This document shows, piece after piece, positions 8,660-18,877 of a stretch of DNA of 64,000 nt (the first letter of the stretch is position 1; each line of letters begins with the position of its first letter). The notes under the pieces were generated by a model that did not search any database, was not told where the DNA came from, and worked only from the letters and a program-made list of their open reading frames with translations. Origin of the DNA: Ignavibacteriota bacterium (GTDB lineage: Bacteria > Bacteroidota > Ignavibacteria > Palsa-1295); contig CAWBEI010000003.1 in assembly GCA_963787835.1 (NCBI GenBank), positions 1 to 64,000 on the forward strand, read 5' to 3'. A program made the position numbers and the translations under genes.

Positions 8660-9040
8660 TTAGCCAACTTCTTCGGTATCCGGCCATCCGTTCGAACCCG
8701 GGTTTCCAATTGCAACACCCATTGCAGTGGATCCCGCCATGTTCCATTGGAAAGCAATTGTACCGGCAGGCGTACCTGGCATTACGATATTTGCCCCAGC
8801 AGGAACGGTGTTTCCAAAAACTGTTATAGCAACGACCTGATCACCATTAAGATTGGTCGGCAGGTTCTGACCTGGCCCGAGAGCAACCGGAATCTGAGCA
8901 CCTGACTGCATATTCAAGGTGATATTCAACTGCGAATTGGTCTGATTCGAGCTTGTGAATACCAAGTTAGTGGCGTAAATGGAGAAGAAGCCGACTACGA
9001 GAACCGCGAGGATGGCTGAGAATTTCTTGTTGAGTGTCAT
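8660..9040 (-). CDS. Small secreted beta-rich hypothetical protein
   Basis: Signal peptide MTLNKKFSAILAVLVVGFFSIYA; N/G/T-rich mature part with acidic tail WPDTEEVG. Confidence 0.75.
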   Translation of the reverse strand: MTLNKKFSAILAVLVVGFFSIYATNLVFTSSNQTNSQLNITLNMQSGAQIPVALGPGQNLPTNLNGDQVVAITVFGNTVPAGANIVMPGTPAGTIAFQWNMAGSTAMGVAIGNPGSNGWPDTEEVG

Positions 9041-9705
9041 TTTAGTTGTTGCTGATGCGGATGAAAAAAATAGCGTAAGAAATACCTATACCACGCGATA
9101 CAACGGTGCATCAGTGGCAAAAATCTTTTGTTAAAATTGTTACATATTCCGTAAACCCCACGAGGAGATCACGTGAAAATCGCTCGCAACGATGCGGGCT
9201 TCGCAAAATTTGATCATCGCGCCTTCTGCCCACGAGGGCCATCCCTAAAGGGAAGAAGCTAACCTATGATCTTTCTTTAACCAGGAAATCGAGACATATT
9301 TATGTGATCTCGATGTATTTCGAACCTTATATAGGACGATACATCGCCAATTAAGGTTATTTTAAGCCACCTACACAGATATAGGAGACTAACAATATCG
9401 AGGCATTGCCTATTTTTGTAGGCGACGCCCCCTTATTTAAACGAGTCAGAGTGACTTAGCGTTACTAAAAAAAATAATTTATCATTTTAAAATATTTATT
9501 CTACTTTCTTTTAAGAAAGCACTAAAACATGTTAACAAGTGTATTTGTGTCAGAACCGCTCCAACTTACGCTTATTTTACCATAGGTAATACTACTTTAT
9601 GTTTCTAAAGAGATTTCAAAATGAAATTTACGTTGAAATACGTAAGAAATTGCAAAATTGAAACGATTCTAACCGCTGAAGGGATAATAGTCACTATAAA
9701 ACACC

Positions 9706-11235
9706 ATGAAGTATTTTCCGGAGATCATCCGAATCCTCGAAAATTTCCGTGAACGGCGTACGGACACCGTCGATACAGATTTCCGCGCCCAGACCCAAAA
9801 TAAGGAATTTCTCCTTTACGATGGCATCCGAAGCAGTAAATTTCCGAACGATTTCGAAGCGGCTGAAGAACTGTATGAAGTTGCCCCGACGGACACGCGA
9901 TACAGCTCCATGAAGAACCGGCTGAAAGTCCGGATGTTGAATTCGCTATTTCATCTGAACTTGAGACGCGCCGGGTATTCAGAAGCAGCTCAGGCGCTTT
10001 ATGCTGCAAATCGATCTGTGCTTATTGTCCAGATCATGACAATGCTTGGCGCGCGAAGGGCTGCAAAACATCTCGCTGAAAGGAATCTTCGTATCGCCGA
10101 GAAGTTCGCGCTGACAGATGTTGCGCTTTCGATGGCTACTTCTCTGCGCAAACAAGCCGGTATCATGGCGCAGCATCATGAGTTTGAGCGTTACGACAAG
10201 CTTGTGAAACAACTGTTTCGAACCTATGAAGAAGAACTTCTTGCCATAGAATATTTTGACCGCACTGGAATAATTTTCCAGCGTTATCCGGGGAGCATCG
10301 CAAAATTTGCCTCTCAATTCGAGGGGTATGAGTCAAAATTGCGAAAATTGCTAAATGAGAATAGCAGCTACACCTTTCGGCTCTATTACTTCCGATTGCT
10401 CGTCGTGTCGCGGAATGCTTCAAACCGGCATGATGAAGTCATTGAAGGTGCACGTCGTGGCATCGCATTTCTTCAATCATTTCCCAAATTAATTCAGAAG
10501 CCGCAACTGGCTGAGTTTTGGTTGTATCAGCTTATCAGCTATCTTGGTATCAGAAATTTCGATGGCGCCCAGGAAGCTGCCGACACATGCGCTTCACTCT
10601 ATGCTAAAGGAACCAATAACTGGTTTGCGTTCACGGAGTCCTATTTCTACCTACTGATGACCACGCTTCGGTTCCAGGAAGCGAACAAGCTCTTCGATGA
10701 GGTAACCAATCACCCCAGGTTTGGCGCACAAGGGGATATCCTTCGCGAACACTTCGAGATCTATAAATTCTATTTGAACTTCGCCCTGAAGACCCTGCCG
10801 GGTTATCAGCCAAAAGAGAAACAAGTTCGTTTTAATTTCGAGGGTTTGGTCCGAAGAGCGGATGACGCAAAAAGCGATAAGCCCGGCATGAACATGGTGC
10901 TCCGATTCGCCCAAATCATCCACTTGTTCGATATTCAGGCATACGATAAAATTGACGATCTTATCGAGCCACTCCAAGTCTATCGCACACGCTACATAAA
11001 AGCAAGTAATACCGAGCAAAGCACCATCTTTTTCCGCCTGTTGAAAATTATGGTGAAATATTCGTATGAATATAAGCGGTGTCTCCGAATGGGATCCAAA
11101 CTACACGAGGAACTGAAAAACGGCCACTTCGAGAATGTCGATCCAAATCAGGAAATACAAATACTTCCCTACGCCTGGCTATGGGAATGGATGCTCGAGC
11201 GAATGAAAGAGCGATCTTCACCAAGCAGAAGGTAA
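9706..11235 (+). CDS. Large all-helical TPR-like cytoplasmic protein of unknown function
   Basis: 509-aa ORF with no signal peptide; helical-repeat pattern; N-terminal DFEAAEELY...YSSMKNRL. Confidence 0.75.
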   Translation: MKYFPEIIRILENFRERRTDTVDTDFRAQTQNKEFLLYDGIRSSKFPNDFEAAEELYEVAPTDTRYSSMKNRLKVRMLNSLFHLNLRRAGYSEAAQALYAANRSVLIVQIMTMLGARRAAKHLAERNLRIAEKFALTDVALSMATSLRKQAGIMAQHHEFERYDKLVKQLFRTYEEELLAIEYFDRTGIIFQRYPGSIAKFASQFEGYESKLRKLLNENSSYTFRLYYFRLLVVSRNASNRHDEVIEGARRGIAFLQSFPKLIQKPQLAEFWLYQLISYLGIRNFDGAQEAADTCASLYAKGTNNWFAFTESYFYLLMTTLRFQEANKLFDEVTNHPRFGAQGDILREHFEIYKFYLNFALKTLPGYQPKEKQVRFNFEGLVRRADDAKSDKPGMNMVLRFAQIIHLFDIQAYDKIDDLIEPLQVYRTRYIKASNTEQSTIFFRLLKIMVKYSYEYKRCLRMGSKLHEELKNGHFENVDPNQEIQILPYAWLWEWMLERMKERSSPSRR

Positions 11236-11266
11236 GAAATTAGAAATGATCGTAGCTACGTAGGTT

Positions 11267-12205
11267 ATGGCAGAAATTCACTATCCTCTTCGAGCACGAG
11301 CCGAAGCGTTCTTCAGAAAAGTGCAGGATGAGATCACTGCTGCGCTCGAACTGCTCGATGGCGGCGAAAAGTTTTTTCAGGAAATGTGGGAACGGCCTAC
11401 CCATGATCGATCATCCGGGCATGATCGATCTTCCGGCGGCGGCGGGAGAACACGCATATTGCAGGAAGGCACAATATTCGAAAAGGCCGGAGTAAATTTT
11501 TCGGCAGTGCACGGCGATTCCCCTGCCACACTCCAAAATCCAGAACAAGGTGTAACTTTTTTCGGCACGGGCATTTCCCTTGTCCTTCATCCCCGCTCGC
11601 CGAAGATCCCGACCGTCCATGCCAACTTTCGATACTTCGAGCAATCGAATGGGCAAGCATGGTTCGGAGGTGGTATGGATCTTACCCCTTACTATCTGGA
11701 TGAAGAAGATGCATTCCATTTTCACCATACCATCAAAACGGCATGCGATCGGCATGACCCATCCTATTATCCGAAGTTCAAGAAATGGTGCGACGAATAT
11801 TTCTTCATCCATCACCGTAATGAAACACGAGGGATCGGTGGAATCTTTTTCGACAATCTTTCCACAACCGACCTGGAACAGCGAGAAAAAGTATTCGACT
11901 TCGTGCAGGATGCCGCGCTTTCATTCCTTCCCGCCTATATCCCGATCGTCGAGAAACATCAGGATGAGCATTACACCGATGAAGAAAAACACTGGCAGCT
12001 TTTGAGGCGTGGGAGATATGTGGAGTTCAATCTCGTCTATGACCGGGGCACTCGTTTTGGCCTCGAAACAAATGGACGCACAGAGAGTATTCTTATGAGC
12101 CTCCCGGCCGTCGCCCGGTGGGAATACAACGTGCATCCGGCGGTCGGTTCACCCGAAGCAAAGCTTGTGGATATTTTGCAGCATCCCCGCGAGTGGGCCG
12201 TGTGA
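11267..12205 (+). CDS. hemF: Oxygen-dependent coproporphyrinogen III oxidase
   Basis: FEKAGVNFSAVHG, PTVHANFRYF, WFGGGMDLTP, RGRYVEFNLVYDRGT. Confidence 0.97.
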   Translation: MAEIHYPLRARAEAFFRKVQDEITAALELLDGGEKFFQEMWERPTHDRSSGHDRSSGGGGRTRILQEGTIFEKAGVNFSAVHGDSPATLQNPEQGVTFFGTGISLVLHPRSPKIPTVHANFRYFEQSNGQAWFGGGMDLTPYYLDEEDAFHFHHTIKTACDRHDPSYYPKFKKWCDEYFFIHHRNETRGIGGIFFDNLSTTDLEQREKVFDFVQDAALSFLPAYIPIVEKHQDEHYTDEEKHWQLLRRGRYVEFNLVYDRGTRFGLETNGRTESILMSLPAVARWEYNVHPAVGSPEAKLVDILQHPREWAV

Positions 12206-12233
12206 ATCAACTAACCTATTGTTTTTAATAATT

Positions 12234-12319
12234 GTCATTGCGAGGAGTCCCGGAGGGACGACGAAGCAATCTCAGGCGTGAGATTGCTTCGTCACTCCTT
12301 CGTCGTTCCTCTCAATGAT
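12234..12319. repeat. Palindromic REP/RPE-like element (GTCATTGCGAG family)
   Basis: GTCATTGCGAG...CGAAGCAATCTC...GAGATTGCTTCG...CAATGA; related copy at 16437. Confidence 0.85.
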
Positions 12320-12364
12320 GCTTATATAGTGACTGCAAAAGATTAGACCTAATCAATTTTATCA

Positions 12365-13180
12365 ATGCGAGTAATTTCTTCTCTCCTCTTCATACTCGTT
12401 TTTCAAAATGTTAGCTTGGCTCAATCGACCGAATTTCGCGATTCCATTCGAGAACATTATCTTAATAATGGAGCATGGCATTATTCTATTTTCTCGACTG
12501 AATACGGCATGTATATCGATAGCGCGCTCGCGCTTTCGCCGCAGGATGCCTATCTCTGGCAGCAGCGTGGAATGCCCTTGTTCAAGCAGATGAAATATCA
12601 GCAAGGCATGCCATACATCGATAGCGCCGTAAAATATGATTCCACCGAGTATCTCCCCTATCGCGCATTTCTGAAATGTATCTTTCAGAAAGATTACCTC
12701 GGAGCTATCGAAGATTTTAATATCCTGCAGCAAGAGCACCCCAATGCCGGCGTGATGGATCACGAGTTCAATTTCTATCTCGGTCTTTGCTATTTGCAAC
12801 TTAGTAAATACGAACAGGCGGACGCACTGTTCTCCGAGTGCCTCGCCCACGACCGCGCACTTGGCGGGAACTGGATACACCCCCTGCACTTATTTTATCA
12901 GGGTGTGGCGCGGCGGGAGGAAGGATCTTTTGCCTCGGCTATTACCTCTTTCGATAGTGCATTAGCGATCTACCCACATTTCTCGGACGCAGAATATTAC
13001 AAATCGCTGTGTCTTCGAGCCTCCGGCCAGAACGAGAGTGCCGACGCACTTAAAAGCAGAGCCCGGGATGACTTTATGGATGGCTACACTATTAACGAAG
13101 ATAATGTGGTCTATGAACGCTACCCCTACCAGGTCGAGAAGAAATGGTTCGATGGAGTGCCCAGTTTGACAAAGAATTGA
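12365..13180 (+). CDS. Secreted tetratricopeptide-repeat protein
   Basis: Signal peptide; TPR motifs (FYLGLCYLQLSKYEQA, AITSFDSALAIYP). Confidence 0.85.
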   Translation: MRVISSLLFILVFQNVSLAQSTEFRDSIREHYLNNGAWHYSIFSTEYGMYIDSALALSPQDAYLWQQRGMPLFKQMKYQQGMPYIDSAVKYDSTEYLPYRAFLKCIFQKDYLGAIEDFNILQQEHPNAGVMDHEFNFYLGLCYLQLSKYEQADALFSECLAHDRALGGNWIHPLHLFYQGVARREEGSFASAITSFDSALAIYPHFSDAEYYKSLCLRASGQNESADALKSRARDDFMDGYTINEDNVVYERYPYQVEKKWFDGVPSLTKN

Positions 13181-13194
13181 TGTGCGATAATTAT

Positions 13195-15357
13195 TTATCG
13201 CACGATCATAACCTTTCGCACAACGGTACCCTCCGTCGTCTCAGTCTTGACGAAATAAAAGCCATTCGGTATGCTCGCCACGCTTGCAGTTACCGTTGTC
13301 GAATGCGTATCTGGAAGTTCGATCATCGACCGGCCCATAACATCGATTATCTCGGCAAACTGAATTTCCTCAGAACAAGAGATCGTCAATATATTATTGG
13401 TTACTGACATATCGAGATTATCCGATGGCGGAGGCGGCTGGGCGACCGATGCGGTTGCGGAGATGAAGCGATAAAGGCCCGCTTTGGTCGGATGGTCCTT
13501 CGAGTTAGAACCTCCCGACGCTACGGCAAAAATATTTCCTAATGAGTCTATTGCCATAGTTGGTGGAGAGATATTTCCTGGGTCGAGGGAAAAAACCAAT
13601 GAGTCGGGAATCATACAGAGCGTATCGAGTATATTGCCCGATTTCGTTTCCCGGATAAGTGCTTGAGGTGTCGAGTAAGTTTGATAAGGCCACTCAATTT
13701 GGAGCATTGTCCCATTCAGATCTTCTGCATAGGTTCCATTAACATCAAGCCAACCTGAGTCTGGATCTTCTCCGGGACTTAGCCAGTGAATTCCCATATT
13801 ACTCGAATGGACAATAATGGTATTATCCTTACCTCCCGTAATACCCATGTAAGCATAATGCGGTGTATCAACTTCCCATGTCGCACCATCGTCGCTTGTT
13901 ACATGTAGATAGGTGGTTCCAAGCCAAATATAGTTACCTCGCTCAATAACACCCGATGCATAGGCGGAATCAGAATCATAATAGGCTGGCGGCACATCTG
14001 TAAAATGAGCAAACTCACTCCATGTGGTGCCTCCATCGAACGACCGCATGAAATGGGCATAACCATAATAGGCCCAGAGAGTACCATTAGGACTGGCATA
14101 TAAACCTACCCGTTTGACTGAGGGCAAATTAAGCGGTCGAAAATTTACCCCATCATCAGAAACTATGACTGTTGTATCGGAAGTATAAGCATAATATTTC
14201 CCATCTTCTTGCAATGATTCGGCGATATTTTGGGGGGACATTCTACGGCGCCAGGTAATGCCGTGATCGGATGACGACCAAATCCCTCCGTCAGGCTCTT
14301 GTCCACTTAACTCGAACGCCACAAGATTACCCAATCTATCAACTTGAATCGATACGTCAAGATTATCATCCAGTTCGTGAATCGGTATAAATGCAATGTT
14401 CGAATCAGAAGAAATTCTCACTTCCGGCTCACCCTCTCCATCACTGATAAATCCTTCGCTAGTTGCTTCGACAAATCGTTCGCTGGGCAGATATGCGTCT
14501 CCATAAGGAGTGATTTGCCACGTTGCACCGTGATCGGAGGATTTAACCAGACCATCCCATATTATCCATGGAAACGAAAAGCTGTAGATATTTCCCGAAG
14601 AATCAACAACAAAGTTCTCATCCCATGACGAAGTAAGCTTTCTTAATTGTTCCGTAAGCTCATACATCGTATCGGCAACTACGATCACACTCCCCCATGT
14701 TGATTTTAAAAGCTGCGCGGCATTGTTACCTGTATAAGTAATACCCCACGAAGTGTCTATCACTGAAAAATCCGATTTTAATCGATAGAGTTTGTCATAA
14801 TGTACAATGAGCCGGTTCTGATTATCGAAGACCATGGCTTGAACTCCGGGAATTATATCCGGCGCCATCACCTGATTCCAATCGCCAATGGAATCCCTCT
14901 TATAGATCCCCGCACCAACTGTTCCCACGTAAACAGCGCCATTCGAATCGAATGCGAATGCTTTTGCCGATGCACCGGGATATTGCCAATACCACGGCAC
15001 GGATTCGCTGACCCAAGAGGCGGCATCTTTCGAATAAAGAATGTTGCCATAGCTATCGCGAGCCAGCAAATCCCCCTTCGGCCCAAGCGCGAGCAACGTA
15101 ATATCAAGATCGCCATTAAGTCCCGTATTGATCTGCTTCCAATTCTCGCCTTCGTCAGTGGATTTGAAAATGCCCTTATCGGAGGTAGCCATATAGACGA
15201 GGCTGCCTGGCCCGGCAACGATCTGCGTTACACTATCCGGAAAAGGATCACCCTGAATGAGCTGCCAATATCCTTTAGAATTTTGAGCAGAAGATGATTT
15301 TATACCAAGACCAAGGCAACAAACGGCCAGCAGTAGATGCAAATTGACCTTTTTCAT
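13195..15357 (-). CDS. BNR/Asp-box double-propeller-like protein with T9SS CTD
   Basis: Start MKKVNLHLLL; many SxDxGxTW repeats; CTD IIDVMGR...GFYFVKT...RKVMIVR. Confidence 0.85.
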   Translation of the reverse strand: MKKVNLHLLLAVCCLGLGIKSSSAQNSKGYWQLIQGDPFPDSVTQIVAGPGSLVYMATSDKGIFKSTDEGENWKQINTGLNGDLDITLLALGPKGDLLARDSYGNILYSKDAASWVSESVPWYWQYPGASAKAFAFDSNGAVYVGTVGAGIYKRDSIGDWNQVMAPDIIPGVQAMVFDNQNRLIVHYDKLYRLKSDFSVIDTSWGITYTGNNAAQLLKSTWGSVIVVADTMYELTEQLRKLTSSWDENFVVDSSGNIYSFSFPWIIWDGLVKSSDHGATWQITPYGDAYLPSERFVEATSEGFISDGEGEPEVRISSDSNIAFIPIHELDDNLDVSIQVDRLGNLVAFELSGQEPDGGIWSSSDHGITWRRRMSPQNIAESLQEDGKYYAYTSDTTVIVSDDGVNFRPLNLPSVKRVGLYASPNGTLWAYYGYAHFMRSFDGGTTWSEFAHFTDVPPAYYDSDSAYASGVIERGNYIWLGTTYLHVTSDDGATWEVDTPHYAYMGITGGKDNTIIVHSSNMGIHWLSPGEDPDSGWLDVNGTYAEDLNGTMLQIEWPYQTYSTPQALIRETKSGNILDTLCMIPDSLVFSLDPGNISPPTMAIDSLGNIFAVASGGSNSKDHPTKAGLYRFISATASVAQPPPPSDNLDMSVTNNILTISCSEEIQFAEIIDVMGRSMIELPDTHSTTVTASVASIPNGFYFVKTETTEGTVVRKVMIVR

Positions 15358-15473
15358 AGATTTTTGGCAATTACTAAACGAACACCCCCAAGTATACAAC
15401 ATTTTTGATCAAAAGCAAATGAATTGACCGGAACCGGCGGAGAGCAGCATCAGTTTTGAACGCACTAAAACCA

Positions 15474-15554
15474 GCGGGAGTGGCGAAATGGCAGACGCAC
15501 TACTTTGAGGTGGTAGCGCCGAGAGGCATGGGGGTTCAAGTCCCCCCTCCCGCA
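15474..15554 (+). tRNA. tRNA-Leu(GAG)
   Basis: GCGGGAG/CTCCCGC acceptor stem; CTACT-TTGAGGT-GGTAG anticodon arm; long variable arm; GGTTCAAGTCC; CCA not encoded. Confidence 0.96.
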
Positions 15555-15565
15555 CTTTGGACAAA

Positions 15566-15593
15566 TATGAATTATGAAAGATGAAAGATGAAT
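15566..15593. repeat. Heptamer tandem repeat (reverse complement of the TTCAT family)
   Basis: TATGAAT TATGAAA GATGAAA GATGAAT. Confidence 0.8.
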
Positions 15594-16430
15594 TTCCTTC
15601 GTGATTCATACGAAATTGTTAAATTAATAGTCTTCAAAGCGTCGCATACTATCTTCCGAGTTGTTTCTGCGATTTTTTTTGCCATCCAACTTTTCGGCCT
15701 GCCCAACAAAGTAAGTCCTGCTACTTCCCACGCAAAACTCGATGTTATTGTGCTCGATGCAGGGCATGGCGGGAAAGATTCTGGCGCGGTCGGTCCGGGC
15801 GGATACATGGAAAAACAGGCGACGCTCGGCATTATCCTGAAATTAGGCAAACTCATCGAGAAAGAAATGCCGGGTGTAAAAGTAGTTTATACCCGGCATG
15901 ACGACCGTTTTATCGAGCTTTATCGCAGGGGCGAGATCGCCAACGAATCGCATGGCAAACTTTTTATCAGCGTCCATTGCAATTCTACTCCGCAGAAGCC
16001 CTCGAATGCGACCGGTTTTACCACCTATTTTCTTCGTCCCGGAAAAACAGAGGCGGCAATTCATGTTGCTGCGCGTGAGAATGCTGTAATCAAGTATGAA
16101 ACGGGACATCACAAATATGCAAATCTTTCCGATGTCGATTATATTCTCACTTCCATGTCGCGAAATCAGGATGTAAAATTCAGCGAGAAATTCGCAGCGT
16201 TGGTTCAGCAAGAGCTTGGTAAGAAAGTTCACATTCCCGATAACGGAGTATCGCAAGCAGGATTTTTAGTGCTTATCGGAGCCTCGATGCCGAACGTGCT
16301 GATCGAGACCGGTTTTATCAGCAACCCAAAGGAAGAAGCATTACTTCGAAGCGATGCAGGGGAATCGAATTACGCGAAGGGAATTTTAGAGGCTATCAAA
16401 AAGTACAAGGCTATTTACGAACGGTCCTAG
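15588..16430 (+). CDS. N-acetylmuramoyl-L-alanine amidase (Amidase_3); start uncertain
   Basis: IVLDAGHGGKDSGA, FISVHCNS, MPNVLIETGFISN. Confidence 0.92.
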   Translation: MNFLRDSYEIVKLIVFKASHTIFRVVSAIFFAIQLFGLPNKVSPATSHAKLDVIVLDAGHGGKDSGAVGPGGYMEKQATLGIILKLGKLIEKEMPGVKVVYTRHDDRFIELYRRGEIANESHGKLFISVHCNSTPQKPSNATGFTTYFLRPGKTEAAIHVAARENAVIKYETGHHKYANLSDVDYILTSMSRNQDVKFSEKFAALVQQELGKKVHIPDNGVSQAGFLVLIGASMPNVLIETGFISNPKEEALLRSDAGESNYAKGILEAIKKYKAIYERS

Positions 16431-16436
16431 TCATTG

Positions 16437-16563
16437 GTCATTGCGAGAAGAATTGAACGACCGGAGGGAGTTCGATTCGACGAAGCAATCTCCTCCGATT
16501 AACCGAGAGATTGCTTCGTAGAGACCGAGAGGCTATCGCCTCTCGCTCTCCACTCGCAATGAC
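16437..16563. repeat. Palindromic REP/RPE-like element between convergent genes
   Basis: GTCATTGCGAG...CGAAGCAATCTC...GAGATTGCTTCG...CTCGCAATGAC. Confidence 0.88.
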
Positions 16564-16595
16564 TTTATTACTATTTGAGAGTAATTAGGAATATT

Positions 16596-17882
16596 TTAAT
16601 GAAGAAGAGGTGCTATCTCCTTCATGATCCGCCCGGTTGCGCCGCGGTTCTCTTCGACATATTGAACAGCCAACTCGCCGGATGAATGACGGAGTTCCTC
16701 CGATCGTGCGAGCTGCCAGAAAGCAAAATCGAATTCTTGCTTTTTTGTTATTTCAAAAGCTGCAAGTCGATCGATCAATTGCTGAACCTCTTGCGATTTT
16801 CCATGCTTTGGGCCAACAATAGTCGCTACGCCCCACACCGCCGCTTCGAGAATGTTGTGCAGTCCGGCACCGAATCCGCCGCCGATCATCGCAATATCGG
16901 CAAGCCGGTAAAGCCCGAATAACTTCCCAATGGAATCGACAACGATCACCGGTTCACCGCTCCAGTCGCTAATAGCGGAATACCGAATTGATTTACCGGG
17001 AAATCGCGCTAATAATGCTCGAACACGCTCTTCACTCGGTTCATGGGGAGCAATAATGGTGAGAATATTATCCCCACGCTCGGTGCTTTGCGTAATAGTT
17101 TCTAAGTAAACAGCTTCGTCCGACGGCCAGGAACTTCCCACGACGAACACCAGCGTGCCACAATCCTCAACCCTCTTGCGGATCTCTAAGGGCAATAATA
17201 TATCACCAGCCTGTTCTATCGCAGCGCGCCGTGTAAGCACCTGATCGAACCGCGTATCCCCGGCAACAACTACTTTTTCCGCATCGACGCCAAATTTCTC
17301 GAACTGTTTTCTATCACGTTTGGAAAGAGCGAGAATTTTGGTCAACCCTCGGAACACATTTTTGTAAAGCGTACTTACCAATGGCATCATTCTGCCGGAA
17401 CTATCCGATGCTGTCGCGGCAAAAAGGATCGAAGGAATGTTCCTGCGCTTTAACTCCCGGCCCATATTGGGCCACACATCATAGCGGGCAAAGAGCGCAA
17501 GGTCTGGATTTACAATATCGAGAAATCCAGCAACCGTAGTGGGCAGATCGATCGGTGAATAGGAGATAAGGTCAGCATCCGAATACCTGCCGATGGTATT
17601 CTCATATCCGCTTGGTGAAAAGAACGTCAGATGAATATGTGCGGCCGGAAACTGCCTTTTTATCTCGGTGATGACCGGTTTGGCTTGCTCCAGTTCACCG
17701 AAGGAGGCAGAGTGAATGAGTATTCTTGGGCCACCTATAATTGCATGATCGTAATATTCCTTCGTTTGCCCAAGTAACGCTGCCCTTCCATCCAGTGCTC
17801 GGCGAAGTTTGGGGTTGAACTCTGCTACAACCCGTATAACGGGAAGCGCAAGACGAAGCAGAAGACTATACAGAGTGAGCAT
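16596..17882 (-). CDS. waaA: 3-deoxy-D-manno-octulosonic acid (Kdo) transferase
   Basis: IHSASFGE, TFFSPSG, GDTRFD, GGGFGAGLHNILEAAVWG; start MLTLYS. Confidence 0.92.
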   Translation of the reverse strand: MLTLYSLLLRLALPVIRVVAEFNPKLRRALDGRAALLGQTKEYYDHAIIGGPRILIHSASFGELEQAKPVITEIKRQFPAAHIHLTFFSPSGYENTIGRYSDADLISYSPIDLPTTVAGFLDIVNPDLALFARYDVWPNMGRELKRRNIPSILFAATASDSSGRMMPLVSTLYKNVFRGLTKILALSKRDRKQFEKFGVDAEKVVVAGDTRFDQVLTRRAAIEQAGDILLPLEIRKRVEDCGTLVFVVGSSWPSDEAVYLETITQSTERGDNILTIIAPHEPSEERVRALLARFPGKSIRYSAISDWSGEPVIVVDSIGKLFGLYRLADIAMIGGGFGAGLHNILEAAVWGVATIVGPKHGKSQEVQQLIDRLAAFEITKKQEFDFAFWQLARSEELRHSSGELAVQYVEENRGATGRIMKEIAPLLH

Positions 17883-17914
17883 TGCAGGACGAAGATGAAT
17901 GACGAGGCATCGGC

Positions 17915-17942
17915 CTTCATCATTCATCATTCATAATTCATA
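17915..17942. repeat. Heptamer tandem repeat
   Basis: CTTCATC ATTCATC ATTCATA ATTCATA. Confidence 0.8.
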
Positions 17943-17946
17943 CTTT

Positions 17947-18824
17947 TCACACATGCCGCTCGGCATGGTAGGAACTGCGCACGAGCGGCCCGGCTTCGAC
18001 GATGCGAAAGCCCATGTCCATGCCAATATCATGCAGTTCCAGGAACTCATCCGGATGCACGAAACGGTGAACCGGAAGATGGTCTTTCGTCGGCTGAAGA
18101 TACTGCCCGAGCGTGAGAATATCTACATGGATATGTGCAAGATCACGCATGACCGAAAGCAACTCCTCGCGTGGCTCTCCCAGGCCAAGCATGATGCCGG
18201 TCTTTGTGTTAAATCCCGCCTCTTTCGCGCGGCGCAGCACTTTCAGCGACCACTCGTACTTCGCTTGCGGACGTACTGTCCGGTACAGGCTGGGAACCGT
18301 CTCGGTATTGTGATTCAAAATATCGGGCCTCGCATCGAGAATTCTATCCAACGATTCATCTTTTCCCTTGAAATCGGGTATCAGCACTTCGATTGTAGTG
18401 TTCGGGTTTTGGCGGCGAACTTCCCGGATCGTTTCCGCGAAGATGGTCGAACCGCCATCTTTCAGTTCATCGCGGTTAACACTGGTGATAACGGCGTGCT
18501 TCACGCCCATATCACGCACGGCTTCGGCGACATGCAGTGGCTCGTCCAGATCCAGCATGGTTGGCCGGCCGGTCTTCACAGAGCAAAAACCGCACGAGCG
18601 CGTGCAGGTATCGCCCAAGATCATGAACGTAGCGGTTCCGGCATTCCAGCATTCCGCCATATTCGGGCAGCGGGCCTCCTCGCAGACCGTGTGCAGGCTC
18701 TTGCTGCGCATGAGCTGCTTCAGATTATGAAAATTCTCGCCCGTCGGTATCTTGACCTTCAGCCACTCAGGCCGTGGCGCGCGGCTGGCCGCGCCGGTTC
18801 GGTTATTGGGAGTTCCAAAAGCAT
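17947..18824 (-). CDS. lipA: Lipoyl synthase with apparent 1-nt frameshift near 18776
   Basis: [26 protein letters not shown]; adding one C joins [16 protein letters not shown] to PRPEWLKVK (292 aa). Confidence 0.95.
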
Positions 18825-18877
18825 TTCGACCCTAAACAGACATAGAGCGAATTACGTTTGGCCTAACCGACGCATAG

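Noticed and set aside
9165-9275. c-di-GMP-I riboswitch (GCAAA seen)
   Set aside because: No GNRA tetraloop/receptor or matching P2 consensus; kept only as an unknown structure
13195-15554. Genomic island integrated at tRNA-Leu or tRNA-Ile2
   Set aside because: No integrase and no duplicated tRNA 3' end seen
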